This document shows, one piece after another, positions 34,666 to 49,600 of a DNA stretch of 64,000 nt. The DNA lies in the NCBI GenBank assembly GCA_040954595.2, contig CM082582.2, positions 11,523,483-11,587,482 of the forward strand. Direction: 5' to 3'. Numbering within the stretch: the stretch's first letter is position 1; the number at the start of each line of letters is the position of its first letter. Below the pieces are notes generated by a model. That model saw only the letters and a program-made list of their open reading frames with translations. It ran no database searches and was not told the DNA's origin. Made by a program: the position numbers and the translations under genes. Source of the DNA: Balanoglossus misakiensis. Its lineage: Eukaryota > Animalia > Hemichordata.

Positions 34666-37600
34666 GGGGAGGTGTAAGGTGTAACGTGCAGATACAAAAC
34701 TTTCAGAATCTTCATTTCACTTCGATAAGCTTATTGTCGCATTTTCATCCACACGTTGTAAATATTATGATGTCCACTGTGTACATATATAGAGAGGGAT
34801 AGTTTAGAAGCTTATACTGCAATGCAATCGCTATCTCTTTCAAAAATAAGCTTGACTCTGTTTAACTATTTTATTTTATTCGGTTCGAGATGATGGTGTT
34901 TTTCCTAACTTTGACGGTATCCAGTATACAAGAATTTTAATTTATCAGGAAAATCGTATTTCAGACATCAAATTTTGCCCTTCAGACATAACACATTTCG
35001 TTGTTCAATTTGACGTTGTGAGTTGAAGTGCATGCCGGCAGCAATTTGAGTTTTTTTTACCCCGGTAAATGATTGTAAACTTTGGACCCATGTTGTGCGT
35101 AATATAGTGCACCTGTTTAGAGGTACTGGGCAACAAAAACTCGCGAGATTGACCAGACGGTCTAACTTTTCCAAAATAGCATTCAGGTGTCGCTTGCATC
35201 TCCACGCCAATATGTTCGCTTTCATCGACATGTCTATTTTCTCAAACGTATTTAAACGCGTCTTGAATCTGACCTCATATTAACCCAACCGAGTTTTTCC
35301 CCTCGTGATGTGCGGGTTACAGTGTGTGTCTTTGTTCACAACAACGTGTAGACTACACGGCTTGAAGTTCGTGACTATGTCGTGATCGCCGCTAAAACAC
35401 AGCTGACGTATGACACTTTCAAATGTTTGTGTATGCGTATGTCTCGTTCCGGGCTGCATACACTGTGCGGGTTGTTCGCGTGACACAACCCGCATTGAAT
35501 TGGACATTTTCCCTCGCACACATGCTAATTGCAATCATTTTTCAACAACTACAACCCACGCGTAATGTCTGTCTTTTTTACCGTTTGCAAAATGACCAGA
35601 GTTAATTTATTATTTGCGCTTAAAAACCGCCGTAATTCCAGTCTGAGGCCGCTTCACTTTCTGTTCCGGAATTCACAAAATTTCATGCACACACGCTTTC
35701 ATGTTTATATGGAAGTGCACGCTTAGCAAGTCAAACAATCACATCTTTCCATGACACACAGATAAAATGGGCCATTTTTAAAAATAGATATTTTCTAATT
35801 TGAAAAATACAACGATGTAAATTGAGCAAAACCACTATAAAACAGTTTCTTTTTTAAAAAGTGGAGGGTTTCTGAAAAAAACGGGATGAAATGTACCAAA
35901 TGTTTCTAAAACAGACGATGGTTCCTCAGTATATGAATACATTTCGGTGTAAATTATAAAATATGTCTGGAACACTCAAATGCATAAATACTGGCGCTCC
36001 AAATCTGCTTATTTCGCTCTGACTTGATCGTATAAGTATTGATCCGATCTCGACATGAATTATTTTTAGGAAAATGTTGTCATGACCCGAAAACTGTCTC
36101 GATTTAGAGCACAAGCATAAGCAACATTTTTATCCATTTTGTGTCAGTCGCCTCGTGTTGATAGTTCGTTCCAACATTTTCCGACAGGGAGTCTTTTTCG
36201 TGCCATTTTATTTTAGTAAAAAGAAATAACACTGTGTGTCATGCGAAGAATTGATTTATTCTGACCTGACAGAAATAAACGAGGCTAAAATCGTTTCACA
36301 TACTTAAAAATGACCATATCTCTTTGTTATCATAATAAGACAGGTAAACGATAACTATCCACTCAAACCTGTAAATATCTTATTTGCCGATTTAAAAAAG
36401 TCAAATTACCAAAGAGATAGCAATGAACTTGCTAGGGAGTACAGTTTTTAGGGTGAGCATGAATTGGGGCTTATGGTTGTCAGTGCAGTCTGTTGTAAAA
36501 TGTACGACGGGTACGCATATGCGGTAAACGCCCATGCACCCAGCAAAATTGACCGACCTCTTAGACTAGAGGTAACAATTTTAACTTTTTAAGCATTATA
36601 TCACTCGCACAAATACGGGAATTAAAGTTTAGTGTTGAGAAATATGCGTTTTTCGCCTATTTTGTCACGTTTGAGCTTTTTTTTTGCAAAATGACGTCGT
36701 GTCCCTGCCCTTCGTCTCTTTCTGCATCTCTGCGCAAGCAGATGCAATGCTCACAAACTTGAAAATTGGCTGTCTCTCCTTTGTCTATACGGTTTGTTGT
36801 TTTTCTTGACATATGTCCACGTCCATACGAAGAATTGGTTTTCAAATTCCAAACAAATTAGGCGAGGAAGTGAGCCGTTACAGTGGAAAGTTCGCACATT
36901 AATTGGTGTGGGCGATCCGCCATTATTCAAGTTCTCGCCTCCTCCAAATCAAGCAAATTGCAATTAGAGTCGATCAGAATACAACGTAGAGGTAAACATG
37001 GGGGAGAATGAAAAACAGCATTATTTTTTGTACGGTGAGGTCTATGTCAACCCTGTCAGCAAACTATTAACACGCTTGGGCGACTTGCATTTTCCAGCAA
37101 TTAATCATGGCCGTTGTCTTAAACTCCAGTCGCACGGCAAATTTGCGGTGCTCCCCGTATTTTCTTGGTGCATGTAGTTGAAACGCCGATGAAATCCGGT
37201 CGGCCCATATAAAATTAATAATTTGCCCAGCAGACCGCATCTCGCGGTTAATCTATATAGTTTAAAGACGATCCCAGTCTAGCCGAAGCGTCAAGATTGT
37301 ACAAGGAAAAGGAAGGGTTTGTGATATTGGACATCAGTTTATGCAAGATAGGGAAGTTTAATTGTACCAATAATGCTAAATCACCTGCATTGGCATGCGC
37401 TGTTGTAAACACAGACTCTTAAAAAAGGTCCATACCTCCATCTTACACGAGATGAGCATGTGCATGCGTAATTTTGAGAATATACCCACGAAAATGCCAA
37501 TTTCTTGAACGTTTCTCTGTATAACGTGGTGTTAGTTTCACGTCAGTCCGATTTCCCGGTATATACGGATGATTGTCTGAAATGGACATACCATCGTAGT

Positions 37601-40600
37601 TGTATATCGGTAATCAACAATGTACATAGTGTTCAACCGATTTCATTTTTTGCACCATATCACCAAGATAATAAATCTCCCGGCTAATATCACCTCTCAT
37701 TTTTCAATTCATTAATAATTATTAATATTGTTTGAAAAAGGAAATTGTATGTGTTGGGAAGAATTTCAGCGACAATGTAATAAAAAGTACAGTGTACAGT
37801 GTGAAGCGTATTATATGCGTGGTAGCGGTCTGTGTCTTGTTGTGTTTACCATGGGCGAGTATAGATGTGGTAGTCCTGAGCTTCGGGTCGACCACAGACA
37901 CAGAGGGGTTTTTATGACTTCGGTGGCTTGTCGGTTTGCGACGGGAGAACCTGAGAAGTTTATGTGGCGGCCACAGTTTGTTGGGGCTTCTTTGAAATAC
38001 TCACGGCCGGAGACTTATCCTTTTGCCGGTGTTCGTGAGCTGCCATACAATCGAGCGGAAAGCGGTGTTGTTTGACCAGGTCTAATCCAGCTATCGTCTA
38101 ACATCTTTCCTCTCTCTTTTTTATTTCCACCATTTTGAGGACATTTTCCGGTTTTCTAAACTATCCGTTGTGTAAACCGTGCCTGGGACCGACGCTAGTC
38201 CGTTCGGTCAATATGCTTAAACGAATTCTTCGCGCGAGCGAGTTCTCTCCCTCTTTTATACATCGCAAACATACTAGCTGAAATCTCTAACATCGATCAC
38301 TTATAGTAGGTCGCCGGTTGACATGTCAGTAGTCAGAAATAATGCCGTCGAGTATACTTGCAATGCCGCGTGAAGGCGAACTGCTTTCGCTCCGTGACCG
38401 AGAAACGCCATGCTCTGACGCACTTTAAGTTGAATTTCCACAACAAAATGCAGGTTAGGTAGAGGATGAGCGAATGATTTACTATTTAGAAACAAAGTTC
38501 TGCTCATCAAACTCGCACTTCCAAAACCGACAACCCCACAACAAGCGGCCCGGCTATTTGCTCGTACCCGGTAGAGGTCATCTTGGTTAAGTCGAGTCAC
38601 TTTCGCTCTTGCCAGCGCTGTGTGCAAGGTCATCGGACGTCAGCGAGAAGCCGAAACATTACGGTGATCCATCGTACGAAAGAGTCTTGTCGTGCACGTC
38701 TGATATTCTGTCAAATAGCCACAGCAAAAAGACGAAAAAAAAAACACGACAAAGAGATCGGTGGGACACGGGACATCTTATTAAATCGAAATACGACAAA
38801 TATACCGGGTTATTCACTGTTGATATTCCCAACAAAACACTGAAAATAAAATCGTAGGTTACGGCGATCGGAACATGAACTATAGGAGACTGAAATTGAA
38901 CACTCAAATAGAATTTTAAGGCACGAAATCAACAAAAAATACATTTAACACAGTATTTTTATGCAGATTGTTTCAGTCTATGTTGTCATAATATACTAGT
39001 AGTATATTTCATTTCGGGTCTATCATTATCACTTAAAATGAAATATAGGTAGTCAAAATTTTTATAGGCTTTTAATTCGCATTTCGTCTCTTTTTAAGGA
39101 AAATGGCACGTTTAGAAATCTGGTTCCCCATCCTTGAAATATAAAAAAATCATCGAAACGAGCACATAAAATTGGCCGGGTATTCAAATGAAGGCATATC
39201 CTAAATTTATCCCTGGAAAAACCGTATACATGTACAGTGCATGCTATTTACACGCGAGCCGTGACCTATCAGTGTGTTTGGATATACACCCATTGCTATT
39301 GTTTAATCAATACATTTATCTCTGTGAAAGATATTATTTTGTTGTTGTTCTTTTTCAAACAAATGACTTGCGCGCAACATGGACGGAATAAACCTGCAAT
39401 TTTCACAGCAGTTTACGGCGCCCACACGCGAACGCTTTGTAAATGTCACCCGCGTCGTGCTGCCGTGGGCGCGGCAGCGAATATGTCGTCGCATTACAAA
39501 TCGCACTTGAAATTCATACTCCATCCAGGTCGACGCAACTGTTTGGTTTTCTTTTTGTTCACTATGACGATGAAAATGGTTTATACTATAGAGCCATGTA
39601 CCTCTGTGAAAGGCAGCGCGTTTCTGCGGGTAGATAGGCAGAACTATTTGGCGACAAAGCTGAGCCCGGTATCGCAAAAACACAGGCGACTCTGTTACCC
39701 ACTAAAATTGCCCAATGTCAGATTACGAAAAACAAAACAAAACTTCTTCATTAAAGTTAAACGCTTTCATATTTAAACGCTCGCTTGAAATCAACAACGC
39801 AGCATATCATGAATATTCCCCCTTTCTCTCAGATTTGCCATCAACTTCATTCCCGTGCTCTGTGCCGTTTCCCACGGATTAAAACAATTCTATGGGATAA
39901 AATAGCTCGAATTGGAGTAAATAAACAATGGTGTACAGTATATAAGATGATAATCATACAGTCACCGTTTCATAAACAGAAAAAAATACTGTTTTTAGTG
40001 AAAAAGAATCATGCGCCACGAATAGTACAGGTCATTTTATGCTGTCCCAGGGACATATAATTTGTTTAGCAGTTCGACCTGATGGATCTCGGGCTTATTT
40101 GCTCAGGCTATATTAAGCCTCCGAAACGGCACAGAGGCATCGTAAACATGGTCGCGCAGATAGAAAGATATTTCCAAGCCCATGGCAACATATTGAAAGT
40201 GTGCAGGTACACAGAATAGTCCAAAAATATCCGCGAACACAATATGTGTTCAGTCGATTTCCATCCTACACAGAAACTTGAAATCGGAAAAATCGGAAAT
40301 GCATGTTGTATCTGAGCATCTCGGACCGTCATGTTGATTCGTTGATTGAACCTATGCAAAAATTCTGACGCCATTTCACACGCCATCCTCTCTAGTTATG
40401 AGGTGTAAATTCCGGGGAAGGGAGATCAGACGGCATGTTTTATATAATTTCGGAGATGTTTGATCCATTGGGATTTTATGCGGCATCGGCGCCGGGCGCG
40501 AGTTTCAGCGAAAGTGACATTATACCGGCAAATATCGCACATTTTAAAAAAGAACCGAGTGAATCCCGGTCGCGCTGCTCGTAAATCATCAATTATGATG

Positions 40601-43600
40601 AACCGCCACCAAATCGAGCAAATCTTGGACACAATTAGTACAATACATATTGACGTTTTTCACCCTCGCATGAGATATATGACTAACAACGGTAAAGCTA
40701 AATGCATGCAACGAAAGCAATTATCCAAAACAAAGTCAAAACATATAAACCAAAAGAAATTTAAACTCGTACCATTCAAACGACTCCCGTGTTTCACGGA
40801 TTATATTCATTTGGCCACAAATCAATGCCTCAGACAGAACCCTGACAGATATAATCGCATTTTCTTCTAACCATTGGATTGGAGAAATTTCGTTAAACTG
40901 TCTGATTAACGATAGACGTAATCATTTCTTTATTGCCATGGTGACAAAGATTTTCATCCACGGGATTCGAAATCTGCAAGACTTGTCTTATTATATCGTA
41001 TGTTCTATTGTTTAAGTTCTTGGTATATAGATACTAGTATAGCCCCATTAATAGGCGGAACTCAATGCACGTGTATATTTGAGTCTTTGCATGCGGAGAA
41101 ACAATATGGCCGTCGAAATACAACCATTACGTGACTTTATAATTAGGCATTGGTTGGAATTACACATGAATGATGTCGATCGTGTATGGAACGGGAATGG
41201 TTCTTTTCTGTGACGCTGAAGGCATAAATGTCACATTAAGAAGGCAATTTGAAGTAATGGTCAGTTTATTATCCTCTCATTACTCCACGTGGACAACTGA
41301 GAAAAAATGAATGTCGGCCAGCATCGAGAAAAGAATCTTTTCATAGGCTTTCACGGTCAAGTTCAACTGTCCACGCGATTCTCTTTAGGACACAGCCAAA
41401 GAGACCGCTGTAAACCACCCATGGCACGCTTTCTGCGAGTGCCCGCCACGGAACGACCAGTTGGGCGGCACGACCCATCGTCCCGTCCAAGCCAAGCGTT
41501 TCGCGATTCAATGGGGGTGGGTGCCGTAATACACTGTAGCCTAGCAGCCGCGCCACAGACTCTTCTGTCGCGGCCGGCCCACGGTGAAAATGCGAAACAG
41601 TCGGAACTCATCAGCGCTTCTGAAAGGTGTCGCTGCAGTTTATACACTCCGTGTGTTTTTTGGGGGTTGGGTTGGTTATTTTCAGCGGCCAGGCGTGCCG
41701 CCTACATCGCATTCACCGCATCCATTAGCCAGGTAAACTTCCCCCCGCCACTTTCGCGTCGCTTCGCTGCGAATGAAAAAAATCCGCACCTATATACTCA
41801 TTATTGTTCCGGCGCATCGGGACCCGTGTTTTTGAGCGATAAAAGACACAAAACCTGGCCATGTCTGACTGATGGATTCCGTCCACTCGATCGAAGCCCC
41901 GATCTATAGCCCGATTGAGAGGCGAATATTTGAGAAAATATTTGCTCATTACTCTTATTCGTTGATTTCTTTCAGTGGAGTCAGTCTCGCCTTTTTAATA
42001 GCCCGCCGTCGGGCAGACATACCGAAATCGCGCGCCGGGGAAGTGCCTATGTTTACCGTTTCTGCCGAATTCAAAAAGAAACGTTCATGTAATCGCTATT
42101 AACGTTAACTTTACTTCCATCAAATTGCAGTTTAATTATTTTCACAATCCGCCGTTTATGGAAAGTTAGCATAAGGCGTTCTGCTTCCGGTTATTCGATC
42201 GTTTCCGTCGCGCACGGGTTCGATTCTTGGGTACATGTTTAGCCATCAATAGGTAATGCAGTTGTCTTTTGTCGAAAGAGCGTCTCTATATTTTATATAA
42301 AAACTATTAAGTGATTTGTCAAAGTTTTCCTGTAGGCTCGTTTTCGATTTAAGTGTTTTTAGCTGTGATGAATGAATTTAAATTAATTTAATTTTAAATT
42401 ACATGTAAATTAAATTGCACGCGGTTGCTTTTAATCGCCAATTTCACAGCATTTTCTAAACCAACTATGCTGTCAAAAATATCAATGCCGACCTCTGTGG
42501 AGTGATTCAAGTTGATGAAAAATAAATTTGATCGCCATCAGTAATTTTGAAAACGACCTTGTCAATTGCATCGCGAGCATTGTTCGTAACCAAGGCTGGC
42601 ACTTAGTAATCGTATTATCCCCGCATGTTAGCACACACTGTACGACTTATTAAATATTTTCCTTGTGGCAACTTCTAGTTCCCAATATTGATCGTTGTTT
42701 GTCTTATCTCAGTAGTTTACCTTGAAGTAAATTATAGAAGTAATTCGTGAGTTTACTTGTCTTGGTTTAACCTCCTCGGACAGACGGTTCGCTCTGACTG
42801 CAGGAGTCTTATCTCTGGTGGAGATCTGCGCGCCAATCGTTGATAGCGGTGACACGCACCGGCAGTTGTGTGCACGCGTAGACACTGGACCACCCTCCAG
42901 GGAAAATATAAACATAAACTTCCAAGGCAGTGCAATGTACGCGCAAGTGTTTGTTGTTGCGCACACAAAGTTTTGATCCATTTTAGGAAACATCCAACAT
43001 AGAAGCAACTCAAATGTGCTGAAGGAAGTTTTGTGGCACAAAAACATAACTGCAATAAAATGTTTCAATTGGAAGGGAGAACAAATGGATTTGAAACCTC
43101 TCCCCATTTTTCCAAAATGATGATAATTGCAGGGTGAGACATTTTCTGCAATCAATTCATTTCACTTTCCAGGACAATTAGAGTGTCGTTGTTTGCTCCT
43201 TGAATGTGTTTGACTGTCATGTGGAAATGATCACGCTCTCTGACCGAACTGCTTGCAGGCATTAGTCGACATCTATCAACACAACTTGTATACACATGGC
43301 CCCAAAATAGGTCACACTAATGACTATTACCGTCGAGTTAGAGGGCTTTGTTTGCTCCTTCTTGATGACCAGGTAAACTTGTGGCAGGTGAAAGTCTTCA
43401 CAATTGTACCCTTCAAGGAGGATTGGGGGTCACTTTTCTTGCGACCGAGAAAATCAAGTCCCTTTATGTCCGCTAGGCTGCCGACTCGGCTAAATGGCAT
43501 CTCGGTCAAACTATAACTGCGGTCTTAAACGCTTTCTGTCGAGTGTGGGCTCTCACTTGTGATTGTGAGCCAACACCTTAAATGAGGCTTCCAGATGGAC

Positions 43601-46600
43601 ACACCTTTTTTGGCGAGTGACTTTCCACCTTTGGTGTTTTCGTTTCAGCCCCTCTGAGGAAGGGGTCCCCTACTATGGTTCTGTTGATCTCTATTCAAAA
43701 TGACCGCGTGTGTGCGCGACGGTCTTTTGTAGCCCATGATTACCAATAACAATTTGGTATCATATCGAGAAAAGGAGATCTCAAAGGGCTAATCTTTGCC
43801 GAAAGCATTCTGCAAGGTATCAGGCAACCACAGGAGAAAGGTCGAGCTGAAAGAGACCACTGTTTTATAATCCTGTCTTTGTGACACACCGCACGTGACG
43901 TCATCTTGGTTGTTTGGTGTAGGGGGGAGCAGTTCGTCATCTTTCTATATGCTATAGTCATTCCACCAAAGGGATGCATCGATATGAGAAGTCGGATAAA
44001 ATGTCTTATTTGCATAAATATTATACTGATAAATTAATAACAAAGGAAAGCAAATTCACTTTGTCAATTTTACACGGATTTTGACATCTTTGCGATCAAG
44101 AACAGGCCATTTGCTCAGTAATTCCACTTGTGCGTTTTACGGCATCAGTAAAGAGTGTTGCGCCGATTCCATGTTTCAGAAACCTTCAGATCAGGGGAAG
44201 AGTCGAAGTTAGAAACTCTGAAGGGACAAAAAATGTAGATCGTGTGACATCGAGTTTTACGCCTGGGACACGCGCAAGCATGATTGAACACGTTGTTTTT
44301 TGGCGCGGATTGTTGCAAATTACCGTATCCAGCCTGGAACGTTAATTGTAAACCGCATTAAATCGCTAAGAAGCGAAGCGAAGGGACAGGTGTCCGGTCA
44401 CAAGTGTCCGGGGGATATCGTTTACCCGCGACTTGCCTTCATCCCCCCTCACAACCTACTAGAGCCAAACTATTGTTTGGTATACAGATCTATAAACATA
44501 TTACATTTCACTAATGGTGAATGGGGGTCCTCGACAAAAAACTGTCACCGTTGTTTTGTAGGGCGGCGTAAACACCCAAGCGGCACACACGCTGAAGCCA
44601 GTAGAGAAGCCGTCACCATCGTCGGCCTGTCTTTCATCCTCATGCTCTTAATCCTCCAATAGCGGAGCGATAACAAAGCACCCAGCCGGTGTAATGTGTC
44701 TTCTAAACTTTACAAGACCGTGCCATGGACACGCAGTCCCGAGCTGAAACCGGAGAACCGGCCCATTCTGTGCCCTCCAATGAATTCGGGTTGACTTTTC
44801 GACTCGGCAAACTTTCAAACTTTTGAAGAGTGTTCAAACTTTTATTTGACAATTGAATGAAGGTAGCGGCGACTTGCAAAGGCTTTTTTGTGCATGGTGG
44901 GGACAATTGTCCGGACTTGAAGGGTACATCGCCAAAGATACAGCTGTCTTAGACAACAATTGCTCAAGTAAAATGCATAACCGACTTTACTTTGCACAGA
45001 ACACAATCATCCATCAAAAACTGGCGTTTTGCTGGTTCTTGGCTGGCTGGTTTGTTTCATCCGTCATTTTGCCCATCGCTCATCGTTCACAAGATGTGAA
45101 CACCATCCTCCGCCAACGAGTACACTTTTCTGCCGACTGAAAAATACACATTTCCAAGTTTTAATGAGACATAAAGAAAAAGGAACCAAAGAAGACTTGT
45201 TGTCAAATTGATGTGGAATTCAATGGAAATCTAGGGTAGATGTGTACCGTTATCTTTGCGTTTAAGATCTGGGGATGTCATTTGTTGTTGTGAGGAATTG
45301 GAAGAAAGTGCTATCACGCTTGGCTATTGATGGTAATGAGAGAACTAATTGTGACAAGACACCTCCCAGTCAGAGTCTATGAAACACAACTAATCGTGGC
45401 ATTCATTCAGTCCAGGCTCTATTGCACGGCGACCGCACACTCATTGTGAAGCCACATGTCAAAGGAGGAAAAAGCCCTTTTAACATCTGACAGCGACAAA
45501 AAAGGAACGGAGGCCAGTGCGTCGAGTGTCGGAGTGTATTTGCCTTGAGAGTGTATACACACACACGGGCCCGCATACCATGTCTCCACGCGCCATCGAA
45601 TAGCACATGCCGTGCGTGCATGTCTCGCACGACCATGCTACGATACAACTGCTCAGATGCGCATGCGAATGGTCTGTGAAAAAACGCATCTCAAAAACGC
45701 GCAGGCGAAAGTTCCTTTCTCATTACTATATCATGCTCGAAATCGTAGGTTTCTTAACGCACTTGAATTGTCGGCAAAATGCGTTGTTTTTTACTAGTGT
45801 CTTTCTTTTTTTCACATCAGTGTTTGATCTCCCGGCCCGCTTCAGAATTGTTCGGACGGATTCAGGTAAGCCCATTTTTCTGTTCCATTCCCGCTACATG
45901 ACCCATGAACCACGTGGCTACTCCCAACCACGGTGCGTCGGGCTTCCACTAAACCTCCTTGGAGCGCATTCCACAACATGCAGCATGTTAAACAAACTGA
46001 GTGAAATTGAGATGGGGATTCTTTTCAGAGACGGGCACCCAGGCAGTAAGGGCCCACCTTTAATTCGTAAAAAAGTTGTTTGACAAGCGAGACAACTCTA
46101 TTCAGACTAATAGCAGAACAGTTATTCGGGGGAAAAGAAACACAGGAGCGGTCTGGCATCCAATTATCCCCGACTCGTGAAAGGCTTGCATTTCACCGTG
46201 CGCGCAACCCAACGCCGGCACTCGAAGCGACCCGAAATACACACCGTTGCGTTCCGTTTCATGCCCCGGTCTGTTTGCTGAGGAAATTACAGGCCTTTCA
46301 AGAAAAACACGTCCCGCAGAAAATATTTAACGCAAAATTTGTAAACTATGACATTCTTTGGCGACTTAATAAATCAGTCGGTTTTCACTCCGTCGTTTGT
46401 TTAGTCAGCTCAGAGCAGAAACGAAGGCCAATCTGTTGCCTCTAATATGTTTTGCACACAAACATTTCTCCCAATGCTGTCTCCTGATTCTTTTGTAGAT
46501 CAATGTTGTCCTTACAAAACACACATCGCCGAACACCTAAGTAATCTATGCTGAAAACTCTTTACTCTTCTAGACGAAAGAGAAAACTTAAACACTCCAA

Positions 46601-49600
46601 ACATGGCGGTATATTTTAATGTGAATGGTGATGCGAGAAAATAAGAAAAAATCACATGTTTAAAAAATCTACTTCAAAGGGGGAGCCTTGTAAAATGATC
46701 TTGCTCTCGAAGAGGATTTGCGTTGTCCTCCGTGGGATTTTGAACTGCATTATTATTCCATATTTTGCCCGGCAAGTGAGGTCATTCCTGCCAGTGAATG
46801 CGGAGGGTTTAGCTATACGGGTCCGGTTCAAGTTTCATCGTTGTATTTTATTCTGCATCACTTCTATCGACATCCTTACTTTCTCCGATCTCTCACGCGC
46901 TTTTCTGCTTCTTTGAAAACATATTTTTGATGAAATTCGACAACATAGCCATCCTTGATAAATTGCTTTCAATTTCGCTATTTTTTTCTGAGGGATGGTG
47001 ACTTTCTCTCTGTGAATTCCACCTAAAATAAACATGAGTGTGCGAGTGTAAGATCCAGGGCTACGACAGAATACCGATTTAAAATCGCCCATGAAAATTT
47101 CAAGTCTCGCGACCCCGACCTTCTAAAATTCTCGTCGATCCGAACAATTCCACCCCAATGATTACGCGTAGTTTGAGGGAAACCCGGATCATAACTTCAA
47201 ATTGTCAATTTCATTTTAGATCACCCATGGTTTATTGTATGTTTCGTGTCAGGGCGCAGATGAAATATTACACGTTCAACCTAGAAAATGGTCTCTTTAC
47301 TCCAGCGCTACGGTTTACTAAACGCGCCGAGCGCAAGGTGAACAAATTAACCAATTGACAGAGCGGTATTTATCGAATACTCTCATCCTTTGTGGAAATT
47401 TATATTGCAAATGGAATTAAACATAAATTCTGGTTTCCACAACTGGCCAAACATCATAAATTTACAGGCTTTCATAAATATATTGATGTTAGTAACGGAT
47501 GCTTTGTTTAAGAACAAGTTTCGATGGTTCCTGGGTGTTCTTGCTGAAAGAGCTTGAAATCGACTCGAACACGCCCGTCTCGAGGTTCATGTCTCATTCA
47601 ATGGCAATGTATTGGGCTTAGCTGGCCGACCATGGGCCCCTTTGAATTACTGGAGGGGCTGCCAAACACTTTCAAGTTCCCAAACATAAAACGGGTCTTT
47701 CTAAATGCGGTGTATATCTGTCATGTTTTGTGTGTGCCATCTTGTACTTTAAATTCGCGGTTTATGTCCATCGTGGAGATTGTACGCGCGCTACTGATAC
47801 GAAATTTTATCACCTTGGTCACTAAGTAGAAACTTAAGATCCGTCGCGGTAATTAAGAAATTCGATAACGTTAATTAGGGTACATTAATGGTTATTATAA
47901 ACACGTAATACATACAATTGTTAACGCACTAATTGGACTATTAATTAACTGAAAGAGTTTGTCTTTTAAACTGTTGATATTTCACAGAACAAATTGTCGG
48001 AAGTTTACCTGACCAGGATGTAGTGATATACAGTTTTGATAATTACGTCGAACAGGCAGACACAGAGACACTGGGAGTTAATCGAAGCAAAAAAAAAGAT
48101 TTCCAAAATCTGACGACTTCCCCTCTAGTCTCAGTTTTTGTTATTTCAGTATTACTAGCACATTCATACCCAAAAAATATGACTGGGATGGTTTCTGTCG
48201 TCGTGGTTTCATTGTCAAGATGTTGGCAGCCGTTCGTCTGAAGTTTGGGTGAAAATGTTTACTATTCATTCTCTAAATGTGTTTTTTTTTCTAACTGTTT
48301 TATTCAACGGCATGACACGGTTCCAGCTGCAGTTAGGAAAACGGCGCGACCGCCATTAATCGCAATTAATCAAAGAACGTTGTCAAGTTTTTTCCTGCTG
48401 TCTGCATACTAAGTAGCGCTGAGAACAAGTCTTGTACACAGACGCTCCGACCCAGCGAGCAAACCGTGACTATAAAATATATTCGCTGCAACGCTGACTC
48501 ACTTTAATGCGCCTATTTGCCATTGTAATTGTCATACTTTTATTGATTCATTTGTAAATATGTTTGTGCCCGCTGTCACTTAAACTCAGCAACTTTACCG
48601 ATTTAAAAAAAACTCCATCGTCGTTGATCTTTCGCGTGATTACAAATTTCCATCTGATTAAATTAAACATGTCCATTTTCCCTGTCCCGATAGCTTAGAA
48701 GACACGGACGGATTACATCACAAAAGTGCCTAGTATACAGCCACATATATCCTCTGTCCCATTTTGGCCTTTTCCAGAATATAGCATCCGCAAAACATCA
48801 AATAGAACAGTGAAATGTAAACTTACCTTCAGGCTAATTTTCAAGATTTCGTTAATTATCACAGAAAAGTTACAATCGCTTTATTTCAGTGGTTTTTACA
48901 GCAAATACAGAGAATTCATCCAATTCAGTAAACTTTTAATGCTTAAAAATTACGATAATAAACTTTACATGTTGGATCTAGCCATTAGCTCACACATTGA
49001 TTTCCTTTCATTTCATCATGATGTTAGTCACTTTGACATATGCTTGGTTGGGCCTGGAAAGTGCAATTGATTAAATGGAATTGTACATGCGTCATATGTG
49101 TTTCGCTGCATTCAAACAGACAAACAGCAGACCGTGACGAAATCTTCATATTCCGTAGAATCCTTATATTCGACAATAGACTAAACTTGAATGTAGACAA
49201 ATTATACACACATCTACGGAGAATGTCACATTCCTGCAAAAGAAGTTCGTTCTACCATCGTATTTAATTCAGATATAAATTATCGGTTATTTATGAAAGA
49301 TCAGAAACGTGTTTCTATACAGTTGAGATGAGTTGTCTCCAAGAAAGTGGATTTAATATCGCAGTACATACACACCGAGTTCTCTCAGGCGCGGAGGGAA
49401 CTGAGGGCGGTTCACATTTTAATAATTTCTCGCTGCCAATCAATCGTCCCTTCTGATGCCCGATCAATCTAGCCCCGCACCCGCCACGTGCTGGCCTGTT
49501 GATAAGAGATACGAGGATGAAAATTAATATTGACAATTGTGAGAGACAGATCAGGGGTATCCGCGCGAGACTGGGAAGAGATATCATTCCTATGCAGCGA

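Noticed and set aside
42160-42230. tRNA gene (B-box-like GGTTCGATTC at 42217-42226)
   Set aside because: No consistent cloverleaf or acceptor stem; at most a decayed tRNA/SINE fragment.
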